A stretch of DNA of 64,000 nt. It comes from an uncultured delta proteobacterium. Lineage in GTDB: Bacteria > Desulfobacterota > Desulfuromonadia > Geobacterales > DSM-12255. Shown here piece by piece: positions 52,091-62,981 of the stretch. Position 1 is the first letter of the stretch. Each line of letters starts with the position of its first letter. Below the pieces are notes generated by a model. That model ran no database searches, was not told the origin of the DNA, and worked only from the letters and a program-made list of their open reading frames with translations. A program made the position numbers and the translations under genes. The stretch spans positions 96,001 to 160,000 of the forward strand of contig CAWBBV010000001.1 in assembly GCA_963787125.1 (NCBI GenBank). The letters are read 5' to 3'.

Positions 52091-52238
52091 TAGAAAAACC
52101 TCCATATAATTTAGTTTTTTGAGTTTAGGATAAAATCAGGTTTCGGTCAAGTTTGACGAAGCAAGAAAAGGTTGACTTTGCCGTTCGCTGCGGTGAAAAT
52201 TATCAGTTGCGTTGCAAATCTACTACTTGGAGGATCAA

Positions 52239-53651
52239 GTGCAGACTATAAAATTTGGTACTGACGGCTGGCGCGGGGTTATAGCCCGTGAATTCACCTT
52301 CGAAAATGTTGCTATTGTTGCCCAGGCAACCATGGATTATATGACCCAAGCAGGGCTTGCGACTAAAGGTCTGGTGATCGGCTATGACAGAAGATTCCTT
52401 TCGCGGGAGTTTGCCGAGCGAAGCGCAGAGATAGCCGTCGGTAACGGCATCAAGGTGCTCTTGACTGACAATTATTCGCCGACACCGGCAGTTTCCTGGG
52501 CGGTTCGCTCTCAAAGCGCCGGGCTCGGCATCATGATAACCGCCAGCCATAACCCGCCGGTGTACAACGGCTTCAAGGTTAAGGAGGCTTTTGGCGGCTC
52601 GGCACTGCCTTCGACAACCAGGAAAATTGAAGACCAGGTGGCTGTGAATATCGCCAACAACCGGAAGATTCTCTCCACTCCTTTTGCCGAGGCTCTGCAA
52701 GGGGGGATGATAAGCCTCTTCGATGCTAACCGGGAGTATTATGCCCAGCTGGAAAAGTATGTCGACATGGAGCTGATCCGCACCAGCGGCATAGCTTTTG
52801 TCGTTGACCCGATGTTCGGCGCAGGCAGCGGCGCTTTCCCGGTGCTATTGCCAACCTGCACAGAGATTCACGGCGACTGCAATCCCGCATTCGGCGGTCA
52901 GGCACCGGAACCGATCATGGAGCATCTGCTGGAACTTTCCGAGAAAGTGAAGAGCGGTGCTTTCCGCGCCGGTCTGGCTCTGGACGGCGATGCCGACAGG
53001 ATCGGCGCTGTTGATGAAAACGGTGATTTCTTCTCCTCCCACATGATCTACACCGTGCTGCTCAGGCATCTTTACGAACGCAAAGGTCTGCGCGGCGGGG
53101 TGGTAAAAACGGTTTCCACCACCCAGATGGTCAATCTGCTGGCGGAAAAGTACGGGCTCGCCATCTTCGAGACCCCCATCGGCTTCAAGCATATTTGCGA
53201 ACTGATGCTGGAACATGACATTCTCATGGGGGGCGAGGAGTCGGGTGGCCTGGGCGTCAAGGGGCATATTCCGGAGCGGGACGGGGTTCTCATGGGGCTG
53301 CTATTACTGGAAGCAATGGCGATGTCGGGCAAGGGGCTGAGACAACTCCTCAATGAGACTATGGACGAAATCGGCCACTTTTACTATCGGCGGATTGACA
53401 CCCAGATAAACCAGCCTGCCAAGGACAAGCTCATCGCCAGGCTCAAGACAGGCAATATCACCGAAATAGCAGGGGCTAAGATAGAATCGACGAATTTTTC
53501 CGACGGCTTCAAATTCATCTTCAGCGGCGGCTCCTGGCTGCTTATCAGACCGTCGGGGACTGAGCCGGTGCTGCGGCTTTACAGCGAAGCGGGTTCACTG
53601 GCAGCGGTAGAAAAATTTCTTGCCGCCGGACGGGAACTGGCAGGAGTTTAG
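52239..53651 (+). CDS. Phosphoglucomutase/phosphomannomutase
   Basis: FGTDGWRG, TASHNP, DGDADR, GEESGG and RPSGTEP. Confidence 0.95.
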   Translation: MQTIKFGTDGWRGVIAREFTFENVAIVAQATMDYMTQAGLATKGLVIGYDRRFLSREFAERSAEIAVGNGIKVLLTDNYSPTPAVSWAVRSQSAGLGIMITASHNPPVYNGFKVKEAFGGSALPSTTRKIEDQVAVNIANNRKILSTPFAEALQGGMISLFDANREYYAQLEKYVDMELIRTSGIAFVVDPMFGAGSGAFPVLLPTCTEIHGDCNPAFGGQAPEPIMEHLLELSEKVKSGAFRAGLALDGDADRIGAVDENGDFFSSHMIYTVLLRHLYERKGLRGGVVKTVSTTQMVNLLAEKYGLAIFETPIGFKHICELMLEHDILMGGEESGGLGVKGHIPERDGVLMGLLLLEAMAMSGKGLRQLLNETMDEIGHFYYRRIDTQINQPAKDKLIARLKTGNITEIAGAKIESTNFSDGFKFIFSGGSWLLIRPSGTEPVLRLYSEAGSLAAVEKFLAAGRELAGV

Positions 53652-53654
53652 AGT

Positions 53655-53687
53655 GAAAAGGGGGCGTCGTCAGACGGCCCCTTTTTC
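53655..53687. terminator. Terminator after PGM/PMM
   Basis: GAAAAGGGGGCGTC-GTCA-GACGGCCCCTTTTTC. Confidence 0.75.
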
Positions 53688-53725
53688 CATTGCATAGAGT
53701 TATTGTTATTTCTTTGTTATTTCTT

Positions 53726-53760
53726 TTGACAAGACAAATACTAGTGACCATAATAGTCAT
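53726..53760 (+). promoter_or_regulatory. vapBC promoter with palindromic operator
   Basis: TTGACA-17bp-CATAAT; TGAC-N7-GTCA inverted repeat over the -10 box. Confidence 0.7.
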
Positions 53761-53785
53761 ATAGTAAAGACTTAGGGGGATATCT

Positions 53786-54076
53786 ATGCAAACCGCGGCG
53801 GTTTCTGAAATAAAGGCTTCACTCAGTGAGTATCTGGGGAAGGTTAAGGCAGGTGAGGATATCATGATTACCGAGCGTGGTCGCCCTATTGCCCGGATTA
53901 TTCCGTTGCGCCGGGATCAGCAGGCCGCTGGGCAGCTGGAGCACCTTGAAAAGAAAGGGCTGCTGAAGATCGGCAGCGGTGGTCTTCCGGACGAGTTCTG
54001 GAGTATGAGCAGACCTCTGGACAATGGCGAGGTGGGTCTTGTGGCGCTGCTTGAAGAGCGGGCGGACGGGCGATGA
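53786..54076 (+). CDS. Phd/YefM-family antitoxin
   Basis: VSEIKASLSEYL..VKAGE..ITERGRPIARI. Confidence 0.9.
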   Translation: MQTAAVSEIKASLSEYLGKVKAGEDIMITERGRPIARIIPLRRDQQAAGQLEHLEKKGLLKIGSGGLPDEFWSMSRPLDNGEVGLVALLEERADGR

Positions 54077-54504
54077 AGTTCTGGGACAGTTCTGCTATCA
54101 TTCCTCTTTGTGTCAAAGAGCCTTTAACGGATACGATGATTGAACTTGCCAGGGATGACGCCAATTTTGCCGTCTGGTGGGGGAGTGTTATCGAGTGTTG
54201 TTCGTCACTGGCTCGTCTGCGCCGGGACAGGATTATCACCGAAACGCAGGAAGATCTGTTGCGCGACCTGCTGCAAAAAATGCAGGGACACTGGACGGAG
54301 GTAGAGCCGACGGATGAAGTCCGCTCCCATGCCCGCCGTTTACTGTTGCGCCATCCGCTGAGAGCGGCTGATTCCATGCAGCTGGCAGCAGCGCTGGTAT
54401 GGGCTGATGGCAATCCTGAGCAGCACGGTTTTGTCTGCCTCGATCAGCGTTTGCGTGAAGCTGCCCGAAACGAAGGATTTTTGCTGTTTCCGCAGGGTCT
54501 CTGA
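54073..54504 (+). CDS. vapC: PIN-domain VapC toxin
   Basis: FWDSSAI, LRAADSMQLAAA and CLDQRL; ATGA overlap with the antitoxin. Confidence 0.9.
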   Translation: MKFWDSSAIIPLCVKEPLTDTMIELARDDANFAVWWGSVIECCSSLARLRRDRIITETQEDLLRDLLQKMQGHWTEVEPTDEVRSHARRLLLRHPLRAADSMQLAAALVWADGNPEQHGFVCLDQRLREAARNEGFLLFPQGL

Positions 54505-54734
54505 TTTTTTATTAACATGGGTTAAATGTGCATTTGGAGGGATCACCGGTTCACGGGGGGAACCTATAACGCCCTTCACATATTCACATTTGAGGTAAGT
54601 GATCTCCTTGGGCGATAAGGCTGCCCGGCAGGTCAATTGCGGCCCCGTTCAACAAATAAAACCACCAATACCCGCCTCGCAACAGCCTCGCAACAACCGC
54701 TTGACGTTTAACGAGCGGCATTATACTATTTACT

Positions 54735-55192
54735 ATGATCAAAACCTTCCATTGCAAGTACACAAAAGCACTATTTGAAGGTAAATGCCCGCGCCAGTTT
54801 AGAGCCTTTGCTAATGCTGCTGAACGTAAATTACAAATGCTGGCTGACGCTTAGGGACTCGGGACCTACCGATATACCGTTTTACATCTCATCTTAAGGC
54901 CATCTTTGCCGCCCCTTCAATCACAAAATCCTCAGCGTAGCCGTGCTACGCCTGCGGTTTTGCTCAATCAGGAACGACAAATCTGACCTAAATCTGAGCG
55001 TAAAACTGATACATTGGTAAATTCCAAGTCCCTTGCTATTGAAGACCTTCGTTCGCCGCCCGGCAATCGGCTGGAAGCTTTACACGGAGAACGCAAGGGT
55101 CAATGGAGCATCCGCATCAATGACCAATGGCGATTGTGTTTCAGCTTTGAGAACGGAATGCAGTTGATGTCGAGATAGTGGATTATCACTAA
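54735..55192 (+). pseudogene. higB: HigB (RelE-family) toxin, interrupted and frameshifted
   Basis: MIKTF...RKLQMLADA* [insert] IEDLRSPPGNRLEAL..QWSIRINDQWRLCF; 1-nt loss near 55157 before VDVEIVDYH*. Confidence 0.9.
54853..55033. mobile_element. 181-bp palindromic MITE-like element inside higB
   Basis: Ends AGGGACT...AGTCCCT; the element folds as one imperfect hairpin centred on GCGTAGC-CGT-GCTACGC. Confidence 0.85.
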
Positions 55193-55203
55193 AGGAGATT
55201 AAA

Positions 55204-55509
55204 ATGAACCCAACTAACAAAATGCGGCCAATACATCCAGGCGAAATTTTGCGTGAGGAGTTTCTGATTCCACTAGGCATGAGCGCTCATGCGCTGGCGT
55301 TGGAACTTCGAGTTCCTGCTCCACGTATCAATGATATTGTGCGGGAACGCCGTGCTGTCACACCTGATACAGCACTCAGGCTTGCTCGTTACTTCGGCAC
55401 TACACCGCAATTCTGGATGAACCTGCAGATTAGTTATGATTTGAAATTTGCAGAGATAAAAAATGGACCGAAGATCGCAGCTGAAGTTCACCTGCGACTG
55501 GCTGCTTGA
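55204..55509 (+). CDS. higA: HigA antitoxin (HTH)
   Basis: [25 protein letters not shown] and FWMNLQ. Confidence 0.95.
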   Translation: MNPTNKMRPIHPGEILREEFLIPLGMSAHALALELRVPAPRINDIVRERRAVTPDTALRLARYFGTTPQFWMNLQISYDLKFAEIKNGPKIAAEVHLRLAA

Positions 55510-55605
55510 AATTCAGTCGAACCTGTGCCTGCAGCGGTTTTCACCGCAAAGGCTCTAAGCCGTTGTCTGGCCGGTGGCACGGCAGACAATGAAAGGGTAA
55601 CAAAT

Positions 55606-58419
55606 ATGGCACACGATAAAATCATCATCAAAGGCGCCTGCGAGCACAATCTCAAGTGCATCGATCTGGAGATCCCCCGCGACCAGTTGGTCGTCATCAC
55701 CGGCATTTCCGGTTCCGGCAAATCGACCCTGGCCTTCGACACCATCTATGCCGAGGGGCAGCGCCGTTATGTGGAGTCGCTCTCCTCTTATGCCCGCCAG
55801 TTTCTGGAGCAGATGGACAAGCCGGATGTGGAATCCATCGAGGGGCTCTCGCCGGCAATCTCCATTGAGCAGAAGACGACCAGCAAGAATCCCCGCTCCA
55901 CCGTCGGCACGGTGACCGAGATTTACGATTATCTCCGCCTCCTTTTTGCCCGCATCGGCAAACCTTTCTGTTACCAGTGCGGCAAGCTGATTGCGTCGCA
56001 AACCGTTTCCCAGATGGTCGATCAGGTTATGGCTTTTCCTGAAGGGACAAAGTTTCAGCTGCTCTCACCCATGATTCGCGGCCGTAAGGGTGAGTATCGC
56101 AAGGAGCTGCAGAATCTCCGCAAGGAGGGGTTCACCAGGGTGGTCATCGACGGGATTCAGTATGAGCTGGCCGAAGATATCCCCCTGGACAAGAACAGGA
56201 AACACGATATCGACATTGTTGTTGACCGCCTGATCGTCAAGGCGGGGATAGAGCGGCGTTTGGCCGACTCTTTTGAAACCGCCCTGCACCATGCCGAGGG
56301 GATTGCCAAGATCCAGGTCATTGACGGCGAGACGACCCTCTTTTCCGAAGCCCTTGCCTGTATTGACTGCTCCATCTCCTATCCGGAAATGACCCCGCGG
56401 ATGTTCTCCTTCAACAACCCCTACGGCGCCTGTCCCGACTGTACCGGCCTCGGTACCCGCATGTACTTTGACGCCGACCTGGTGGTGCCGAACCCGGACC
56501 TCTCCATCCGTGAAGGGGCGATAGCCCCCTGGGAGAAGCGGCTCTCCAGCTGGTATCACCTGACCCTTGACGCTCTGGCCAAAGCCTATGATTTTGACAT
56601 CCGGACTCCGTTCAAGGATCTTGCTCCTAAAGTACAGGAGGTGATCCTGCGTGGGTCGCAAGGTAAAAAAATCGAATTCTGGTGGGAAGAGGACAGCGGC
56701 AAACGGCATACCTATGAAAAGGCGTTTGAAGGGGTACTGAACAATCTTGAGCGCCGCTATCTGGAAAGTGAATCGGAGAGTGTTCGCGAGGATCTGGAAA
56801 AGTACATGAATATTATGCCCTGTCCGACCTGCGCCGGTGCAAGGCTAAAAAAAGAATCGCTCTTCGTCCGGGTGGGTGACAAGAACATCTGCGAGGTCAC
56901 CTCCCTGGCGATCAGGGACTGCCTTGATTTCTTCGACACACTGCAGCTTTCCGAGAAAGAGGCGGAGATTGGCCGGCGGATTCTGAAGGAGATCAGGTCA
57001 CGTCTCGGCTTTCTGGTAAATGTCGGTCTGGATTATCTCTCCCTTGACCGCACCGCCGGGACTCTTTCCGGCGGCGAAGGGCAGCGCATCAGGCTGGCGA
57101 CCCAGATCGGCTCGTCCCTGGTCGGGGTTCTCTATATTCTCGACGAACCCTCCATCGGCCTGCATCAGCGGGATAACGCCCGCCTGTTGATGACGCTGAT
57201 GCACCTGCGGGACATCGGCAACACTGTCCTGGTGGTGGAGCATGACGAAGAGACCATTTTAGAAGCGGATCATGTCATCGACATGGGGCCCGGCGCCGGG
57301 GTCCATGGGGGCGAAGTGGTCGCCCAGGGGACGCCGCGGCAGATCATGGAAAACCCCGCCTCCCTTACCGGCAGGTACCTGTCCGGCGATCTCTGTATCC
57401 CCCTCCCCAAAGAGCGGCGCACAAGCGACAAGGCAATCACCATCAGCGGTGCTACGGAGAACAACCTTAAGGACGTCAGCGTCGATATCCCGCTCGGGGT
57501 GATCACCTGCGTTACCGGTGTTTCCGGTTCCGGCAAGTCAACCCTGATCATTGATACTCTCCACAAAGTCCTTTCCCAGCGGCTTTACCGCAGCAGAGAA
57601 AAGGCGGGGGCGGTCAAGGATGTCCTCGGCCTGGAGCTGCTGGACAAGGTTATCAACATCGATCAGTCCCCCATCGGCAGGACACCACGTTCCAATCCGG
57701 CCACCTACACCGGCGTCTTTGCCGATATTCGCGACATCTTTGCCCAGCTCCCCGAATCAAAACTGCGCGGCTACAAGCCGGGGCGCTACTCCTTCAATGT
57801 CAAGGGGGGGCGCTGCGAAGCCTGTTCCGGGGACGGTATCATCAAGATCGAGATGCACTTTCTCCCTGATGTTTATGTGCAATGCGAAATCTGCAAAGGG
57901 GCGCGCTATAACCGGGAGACCCTGGAGGTCCGCTACAAAGGAAAGAGCATTGCTGATGTCCTCGACATGACCGTCTCCCAGGGACTGCAGTTCATGGAGA
58001 ACATCCCGCGGATAAAGAACAAGCTCAAGACGGTGGAAGATGTGGGTCTCGGCTACATCCGTCTCGGCCAGGCCGCGACCACCCTTTCAGGCGGAGAGGC
58101 CCAGCGGGTCAAGCTGGCCAAGGAGCTCTCCAAGCGGGCTACCGGCCGCACCATCTATATTCTCGACGAACCGACCACCGGACTGCATTTCCACGACATC
58201 GCCAAGCTCCTTGAAGTCCTCCAGAAGCTGGTGGAGGGGGGCAACACCATTGTCATCATCGAGCATAATCTTGATGTGATTAAAACCGCGGACTGGATTA
58301 TCGATCTTGGCCCGGAAGGGGGCGACCGTGGCGGTGAAATAGTCGCTGAAGGCACCCCGGAGCAAGTTGCCAAAGTAACAAGATCCTATACCGGCCAGTA
58401 TTTGCGGAAACTGCTCTGA
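55606..58419 (+). CDS. uvrA: Excinuclease ABC subunit A
   Basis: Two GxSGSGKS Walker A motifs, LSGGE signatures, zinc fingers; start MAHDKI. Confidence 0.97.
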   Translation: MAHDKIIIKGACEHNLKCIDLEIPRDQLVVITGISGSGKSTLAFDTIYAEGQRRYVESLSSYARQFLEQMDKPDVESIEGLSPAISIEQKTTSKNPRSTVGTVTEIYDYLRLLFARIGKPFCYQCGKLIASQTVSQMVDQVMAFPEGTKFQLLSPMIRGRKGEYRKELQNLRKEGFTRVVIDGIQYELAEDIPLDKNRKHDIDIVVDRLIVKAGIERRLADSFETALHHAEGIAKIQVIDGETTLFSEALACIDCSISYPEMTPRMFSFNNPYGACPDCTGLGTRMYFDADLVVPNPDLSIREGAIAPWEKRLSSWYHLTLDALAKAYDFDIRTPFKDLAPKVQEVILRGSQGKKIEFWWEEDSGKRHTYEKAFEGVLNNLERRYLESESESVREDLEKYMNIMPCPTCAGARLKKESLFVRVGDKNICEVTSLAIRDCLDFFDTLQLSEKEAEIGRRILKEIRSRLGFLVNVGLDYLSLDRTAGTLSGGEGQRIRLATQIGSSLVGVLYILDEPSIGLHQRDNARLLMTLMHLRDIGNTVLVVEHDEETILEADHVIDMGPGAGVHGGEVVAQGTPRQIMENPASLTGRYLSGDLCIPLPKERRTSDKAITISGATENNLKDVSVDIPLGVITCVTGVSGSGKSTLIIDTLHKVLSQRLYRSREKAGAVKDVLGLELLDKVINIDQSPIGRTPRSNPATYTGVFADIRDIFAQLPESKLRGYKPGRYSFNVKGGRCEACSGDGIIKIEMHFLPDVYVQCEICKGARYNRETLEVRYKGKSIADVLDMTVSQGLQFMENIPRIKNKLKTVEDVGLGYIRLGQAATTLSGGEAQRVKLAKELSKRATGRTIYILDEPTTGLHFHDIAKLLEVLQKLVEGGNTIVIIEHNLDVIKTADWIIDLGPEGGDRGGEIVAEGTPEQVAKVTRSYTGQYLRKLL

Positions 58420-59013
58420 TTATCTTGAATACCCGCCTTGAGATGGGGGATTTTCAAACTCTTTTTGGTCAACCCGCTCCGCTGCTGAAGAGAGAGCAGC
58501 CATTCTGCCATTTTTCTCGCCACGCCCTGCCCCGAGCGGCCTGATGAACGCCAGAAACCTTTCCTGCAGCCGCTCGGCCGCGCCGCAGTTGCCGCTGCTG
58601 CGCAGGATCTCAATGACACATTCGGCGGTACAGAGCCCGGAAACCTTCTGGTTTTTGCGCAGATTATAGGCTGATTTTTCGGCAGGCTTGAGGCAGATGC
58701 GGCGGACGTTCTGCAGATAGGGGCTGCGCTGATGAATTCGCCGCGCCTCATGCCAGGTGCCGTCGATCAGGATGACATGGCTGATCCCGGTCAGATCGCC
58801 ACCAGGCTCGTCCGCAGTGCCCGGATAAAGCAGGGCGACGCCGCCTGCAGCGATCTCCTCCAGGAGCCCTGCCGGAGGGGTCAGGCGCTCCCAGCGGAGC
58901 TGCTCGGCAGCGCTACCAAGGACCTCCACCACCAGCTTGCCGGTGTTGGAAGGCTTGGTCAGCTCCTTTGAATGAGTTAACAGGGTGAATTTTATAGTTG
59001 CGGGACTGTCCAT
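58420..59013 (-). CDS. DTW-domain tRNA aminocarboxypropyltransferase
   Basis: H..E..KPSNTG, LIDGTW and LCTAE motifs. Confidence 0.85.
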   Translation of the reverse strand: MDSPATIKFTLLTHSKELTKPSNTGKLVVEVLGSAAEQLRWERLTPPAGLLEEIAAGGVALLYPGTADEPGGDLTGISHVILIDGTWHEARRIHQRSPYLQNVRRICLKPAEKSAYNLRKNQKVSGLCTAECVIEILRSSGNCGAAERLQERFLAFIRPLGAGRGEKNGRMAALSSAAERVDQKEFENPPSQGGYSR

Positions 59014-59134
59014 AGTGCGATCCTTTCTGCTGAACTTATAAAGCCAATCAAGCTATTAGTAAACAGGGCAATTCAAGTTGCAGTTTGCCTAAAAAGCGAA
59101 AAGAAGCTATCATGACGGCAGCGGAGAGACAATA

Positions 59135-59764
59135 ATGCATGTAAAAACAACAGAATTCATAAAAAGCGCCACCAAACCTGCTCACTACCCGGAAGGGGAT
59201 CTGCCGGAAATAGCTTTTGCCGGACGCTCCAATGTCGGCAAATCCTCCCTGATCAACGTGCTGGTGAATCGCAAAGCGCTGGTAAGAACCAGCTCTACCC
59301 CCGGCAGAACCCAGCTGATAAACTTCTTTGATGTCAACGGCACCTTCACCCTCGTCGATCTGCCGGGCTACGGCTTTGCCAAGGTGCCCCTGGACGTGAA
59401 GCGGCAGTGGGGGCCGATGATGCAGACCTACCTTTCCAGCCGCATCAACCTCAAGGGTGTTGTCCTGATCATCGATGTCAGAAGGATTCCCAAAGACGAG
59501 GATATCCAGATGTTTGAGTGGCTGAGAACCTTCGGTGTTCCGCCCATTCTGGTGATAACCAAGTGTGACAAGGTCTCCAAGAGCGAACGCGAGCGCAATA
59601 TGGTGGCGATTGCCAAGGAGTTCGGCACCGAGCGGAAAGAACTCTGCTCCTTTTCAGCCCTCTCCAGAGAAGGTACTGAAGGGATCTGGAAAAGAATCGA
59701 AGCCCTGCTCCCCTCCGTAGTTGCCCCCCCGGCAGCAGCTATTCCCCTGGCGGCAGAAGGCTGA
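59135..59764 (+). CDS. engB: Ribosome biogenesis GTPase EngB/YihA
   Basis: [20 protein letters not shown] and TKCD. Confidence 0.95.
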   Translation: MHVKTTEFIKSATKPAHYPEGDLPEIAFAGRSNVGKSSLINVLVNRKALVRTSSTPGRTQLINFFDVNGTFTLVDLPGYGFAKVPLDVKRQWGPMMQTYLSSRINLKGVVLIIDVRRIPKDEDIQMFEWLRTFGVPPILVITKCDKVSKSERERNMVAIAKEFGTERKELCSFSALSREGTEGIWKRIEALLPSVVAPPAAAIPLAAEG

Positions 59765-59868
59765 TAAACCCTTCTTTTTTATTGCCCTTTTTATAGTCAA
59801 CTGGCATTATTCACCCACAGCGAAGAGCTTATCTTCGCTTTTATTTTTGTCTTTGGAGTGTCAATCAA

Positions 59869-61452
59869 GTGGAAAAACATAATCAGCAGGAGATCGAACG
59901 TCGCCGCACCTTTGCCATCATCAGTCACCCTGACGCCGGTAAAACCACCATAACTGAAAAACTGCTGCTTTTCGGCGGGGCGATTCAGCAGGCCGGCGAG
60001 GTCCGCGCCCGTAAATCGGGGCGCCACGCGACTTCCGACTGGATGGAGATGGAGAAGCAGCGCGGTATCTCGGTCACCTCATCGGTCATGAAGTTTACCT
60101 ACGGTGAACACGAAATCAATCTGCTCGACACCCCCGGCCACAACGATTTCTCCGAAGACACCTACCGGGTTTTGACTGCGGTCGACTCGGTTCTGATGAT
60201 CATTGACTCCGTTAAAGGGGTGGAAACCCAGACAAAAAAGCTGCTGGAAGTCTGCCGCCTCCGCCATACGCCGATCATGACCTTTATCAACAAGCTTGAC
60301 CGGGAAGGGCGGGAGCCGCTGGAACTGCTGGACGAGATCGAGAGTCTCCTCAAGATCCAGTGTGCGCCGATTACCTGGCCGATCGGCATGGGGAAGCGTT
60401 TCCGGGGCACCTATCACCTCTACACCAAAGAGATTACTTTCTTCGATCCTGAAGCTGACAAAGGGGTCGGCGAGATTGTCACCGTCAAGGGGCTTGATGA
60501 CCCGCGCCTTGATGAACTTCTGGGGAGCCAGGTGGAAGAGCTCCGTCACGATGTGGAACTGCTCGAAGGGGCGGCCCACCCGTTTGACCGGGAAAGGTAT
60601 CTTGCCGGCACCCAGACACCGGTCTTTTTCGGCAGCGCGATTAACACCTTCGGCGTGCAGCAGCTGCTGGACACGTTTGTCATCGAAGCCCCGGCGCCGC
60701 TGCCGCGGGAGACGGTCAGCCGCATGGTCTCTCCCTTTGAAGAGCCGTTCAGCGGCTTTGTCTTCAAGATCCAGGCAAACATGGACCCGGCCCACCGTGA
60801 CCGGATCGCCTTCTTCAGGATCTGCTCCGGTAAATTCAGCCGGGGGATGAAGGTCAAGCACCTGCGTCTCGGCCGGGATTTCCAGATCGCCAATGCGACG
60901 ATCTTCATGGCCCAGGATCGGACCAATGTGGAAGAGGCTTTCCCCGGCGACATCATCGGCATTCATAATCACGGCACCATCAAGATCGGCGACACTTTTA
61001 CCCAGGGAGAGGATCTCAAGTATACCGGCATCCCGAACTTCGCCCCGGAGCATTTCCGCAAGGTGCGGCTGCTCGACCCGATGAAATCCAAGGCTCTCGA
61101 AAAGGGTCTGGTTCAGCTGGCCGAGGAGGGGACGACTCAGGTTTTCCGTCCGCAGATGGGCTCAGACTGGATTGTCGGCGCAGTCGGTCTGCTTCAGTTT
61201 GAAGTGGTCATGCACCGTCTTGAGTTTGAGTACAAGGTGAAAGCGACGTATGAACCGGTCAGTTATGTGACGGCCCGCTGGGTAACCGGCGAGCGCAAGC
61301 AGCTGGAGGATTTTCAGAAAAAAGAGATCATGCACTGCTACATCGACGGCGAAGGGAATCTGACCTATCTGGCCGGGAGCCAGTGGCGGCTTGACAATAC
61401 TATTGATACCTGGAAAGGGCTGCAGTTCCTGGAAACACGGGAGCACAGTTAA
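59869..61452 (+). CDS. prfC: Peptide chain release factor 3
   Basis: [27 protein letters not shown] and DTPGH. Confidence 0.97.
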   Translation: MEKHNQQEIERRRTFAIISHPDAGKTTITEKLLLFGGAIQQAGEVRARKSGRHATSDWMEMEKQRGISVTSSVMKFTYGEHEINLLDTPGHNDFSEDTYRVLTAVDSVLMIIDSVKGVETQTKKLLEVCRLRHTPIMTFINKLDREGREPLELLDEIESLLKIQCAPITWPIGMGKRFRGTYHLYTKEITFFDPEADKGVGEIVTVKGLDDPRLDELLGSQVEELRHDVELLEGAAHPFDRERYLAGTQTPVFFGSAINTFGVQQLLDTFVIEAPAPLPRETVSRMVSPFEEPFSGFVFKIQANMDPAHRDRIAFFRICSGKFSRGMKVKHLRLGRDFQIANATIFMAQDRTNVEEAFPGDIIGIHNHGTIKIGDTFTQGEDLKYTGIPNFAPEHFRKVRLLDPMKSKALEKGLVQLAEEGTTQVFRPQMGSDWIVGAVGLLQFEVVMHRLEFEYKVKATYEPVSYVTARWVTGERKQLEDFQKKEIMHCYIDGEGNLTYLAGSQWRLDNTIDTWKGLQFLETREHS

Positions 61453-61458
61453 CCCGGG

Positions 61459-61556
61459 ATTCGGCAGTTGAACGCTGCCTGCATTCGAGCGAACGTGCAA
61501 TTTCTGCAATTCTAAGCTCATTAAGCTCTCTTTACGGCAGCATTCAACTGCCGGAT
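61459..61556. repeat. Inverted-repeat (MITE-like) element between convergent genes
   Basis: ATTCGGCAGTTGAACGCTGCC versus GGCAGCATTCAACTGCCGGAT, 19/21 complementary. Confidence 0.7.
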
Positions 61557-61559
61557 TAG

Positions 61560-62450
61560 TTAATAATACTCTTCCGAGTAATCGGAAACCTTGTCAAACC
61601 AGGCCGGGTGCCGGCGCGCTTCGGTTAAGGCGGCTTCAGCAGTGGCAATCAGGCGCTGTTTATCTTTTGGATAGCTGCCTGCCAGATTGAGAAAATTAGA
61701 GACATGGTTGGAACGCAATATGGTCTGCTGCGGCTCCAGCCGGTTCACCATCAGCAGAGCCTCCACAAGAACCTGACCGTGGCTGAGCGGCTTGATTGAC
61801 TTGAACCAGTCATCATTGTGGCGCATGAACATGGTCAACAGGGAAAAGTATTCCGGCGACAGGGCATTAATCCACTCCGCCGTGGCAATGGCATGTTCAC
61901 GACTGCGTGTTTGCCCGGCAAGTCCCAGAATTGCCGTAACCGATAGTTTCATCCCCGCCTTTTGCGCTTTCCGGCAAAGAGCAAGCATCTCTTCCGCTTC
62001 ATAGCCTTTAGCTACCGCCCGCAGCGTTTCAGGATCACCACTTTCCAGCCCGAAATAGAGAATCCGCAGCTTCTTAGCCTGTAATACAACCAACTCCGCT
62101 TCGCTTTTAGATTTGAGGCTGTTGGGCGAAGCGTAGGCCGCCACCCTTGTAAGCCGTGGCAGAGTTTCCGCCAGTGCGTCAAGAATGATGTTAAGCCCGT
62201 CCTGGGGATAGATCAGCGCATCGCCATCGGCCAGAAAGACCCGCTGCACGTACTGGCGGTGCTGCAGGGGAACGGACTTTATTTCGGCAACTATCTCGGC
62301 AACCGGGCGGAGACGGAACTTCTTCATCTTATACATACCGCAGAATTTGCAGCTGTTCTGCGAGCAGCCGATTGTTATCTGAAATATAAGACTCTGCCCC
62401 TCGGAGGGGGGGCGAAACAGCGGCTGATCGTAATTTAAAAGATTGTACAT
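61560..62450 (-). CDS. Radical SAM protein
   Basis: RPPSE, GCSQNSCKFCGMY, FLADGDA and GLESG. Confidence 0.9.
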   Translation of the reverse strand: MYNLLNYDQPLFRPPSEGQSLIFQITIGCSQNSCKFCGMYKMKKFRLRPVAEIVAEIKSVPLQHRQYVQRVFLADGDALIYPQDGLNIILDALAETLPRLTRVAAYASPNSLKSKSEAELVVLQAKKLRILYFGLESGDPETLRAVAKGYEAEEMLALCRKAQKAGMKLSVTAILGLAGQTRSREHAIATAEWINALSPEYFSLLTMFMRHNDDWFKSIKPLSHGQVLVEALLMVNRLEPQQTILRSNHVSNFLNLAGSYPKDKQRLIATAEAALTEARRHPAWFDKVSDYSEEYY

Positions 62451-62604
62451 AATTGGCAGTTACTCCCTAGCAGGCTACAGTGCGGATGACTGTTTATAGC
62501 ATCATTTCCCTGTCTTTTTGAGGAAAATATGAGCGCGGCATGCGGGAGTGCCGCTGACGTCCGGGGGGGATTCATGTTTGTTGACTCACGTAAAGATTGA
62601 CCTT

Positions 62605-62686
62605 TAGCCACGGATTACACGGAGACACACGGATGAAAACATATGGTTTGTGCTCTATCCGTGTTCATCCGTGACATCCGTAGCTA
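62605..62686. repeat. Palindrome of tandem CACGGA(T) repeats
   Basis: TAGCCACGGATTACACGGAGACACACGGAT...ATCCGTGTTCATCCGTGACATCCGTAGCTA. Confidence 0.8.
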
Positions 62687-62792
62687 GGAGTCTTTCTTGG
62701 TCAATAGAACGACTATTGCCCTTCAAAATCGACTAAATCTGTCCTCGCCCAGCCGAATTTTCGCTTTGATTTCCTAAGTCCGACAGACTCCT
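62685..62792. mobile_element. Internally deleted MITE-like remnant
   Basis: Ends TAGGAGTCT...CTAAGTCCGACAGACTCCT; internal CAATAG-N5-CTATTG hairpin. Confidence 0.5.
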
Positions 62793-62981
62793 GTGCAATT
62801 TTTGTTCTTTATAGACGCTGGCCGCCCGAAAAACCGAGGCGGGCGGGTCATGGGGGCACCCCGTTACAGATGATCGCGCTTGAGCTGGTAAAGCCGGGCA
62901 GATGAAGTAAATTCAGCATTGACCAATTTAGCTGAATTGGTATACTTGCATGTATATCAATTTAGATAATTGAGGTCAAAT

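Noticed and set aside
54674..54695. GCCTCGCAACA tandem duplication
   Set aside because: Only two 11-bp copies with no functional context
55510..55605. LexA box upstream of uvrA
   Set aside because: No match to a LexA motif that I could support
62605..62686. CRISPR array (also the 22-bp repeats at 27134)
   Set aside because: Repeats are too short, spacers are not 30-40 bp, and there are no cas genes
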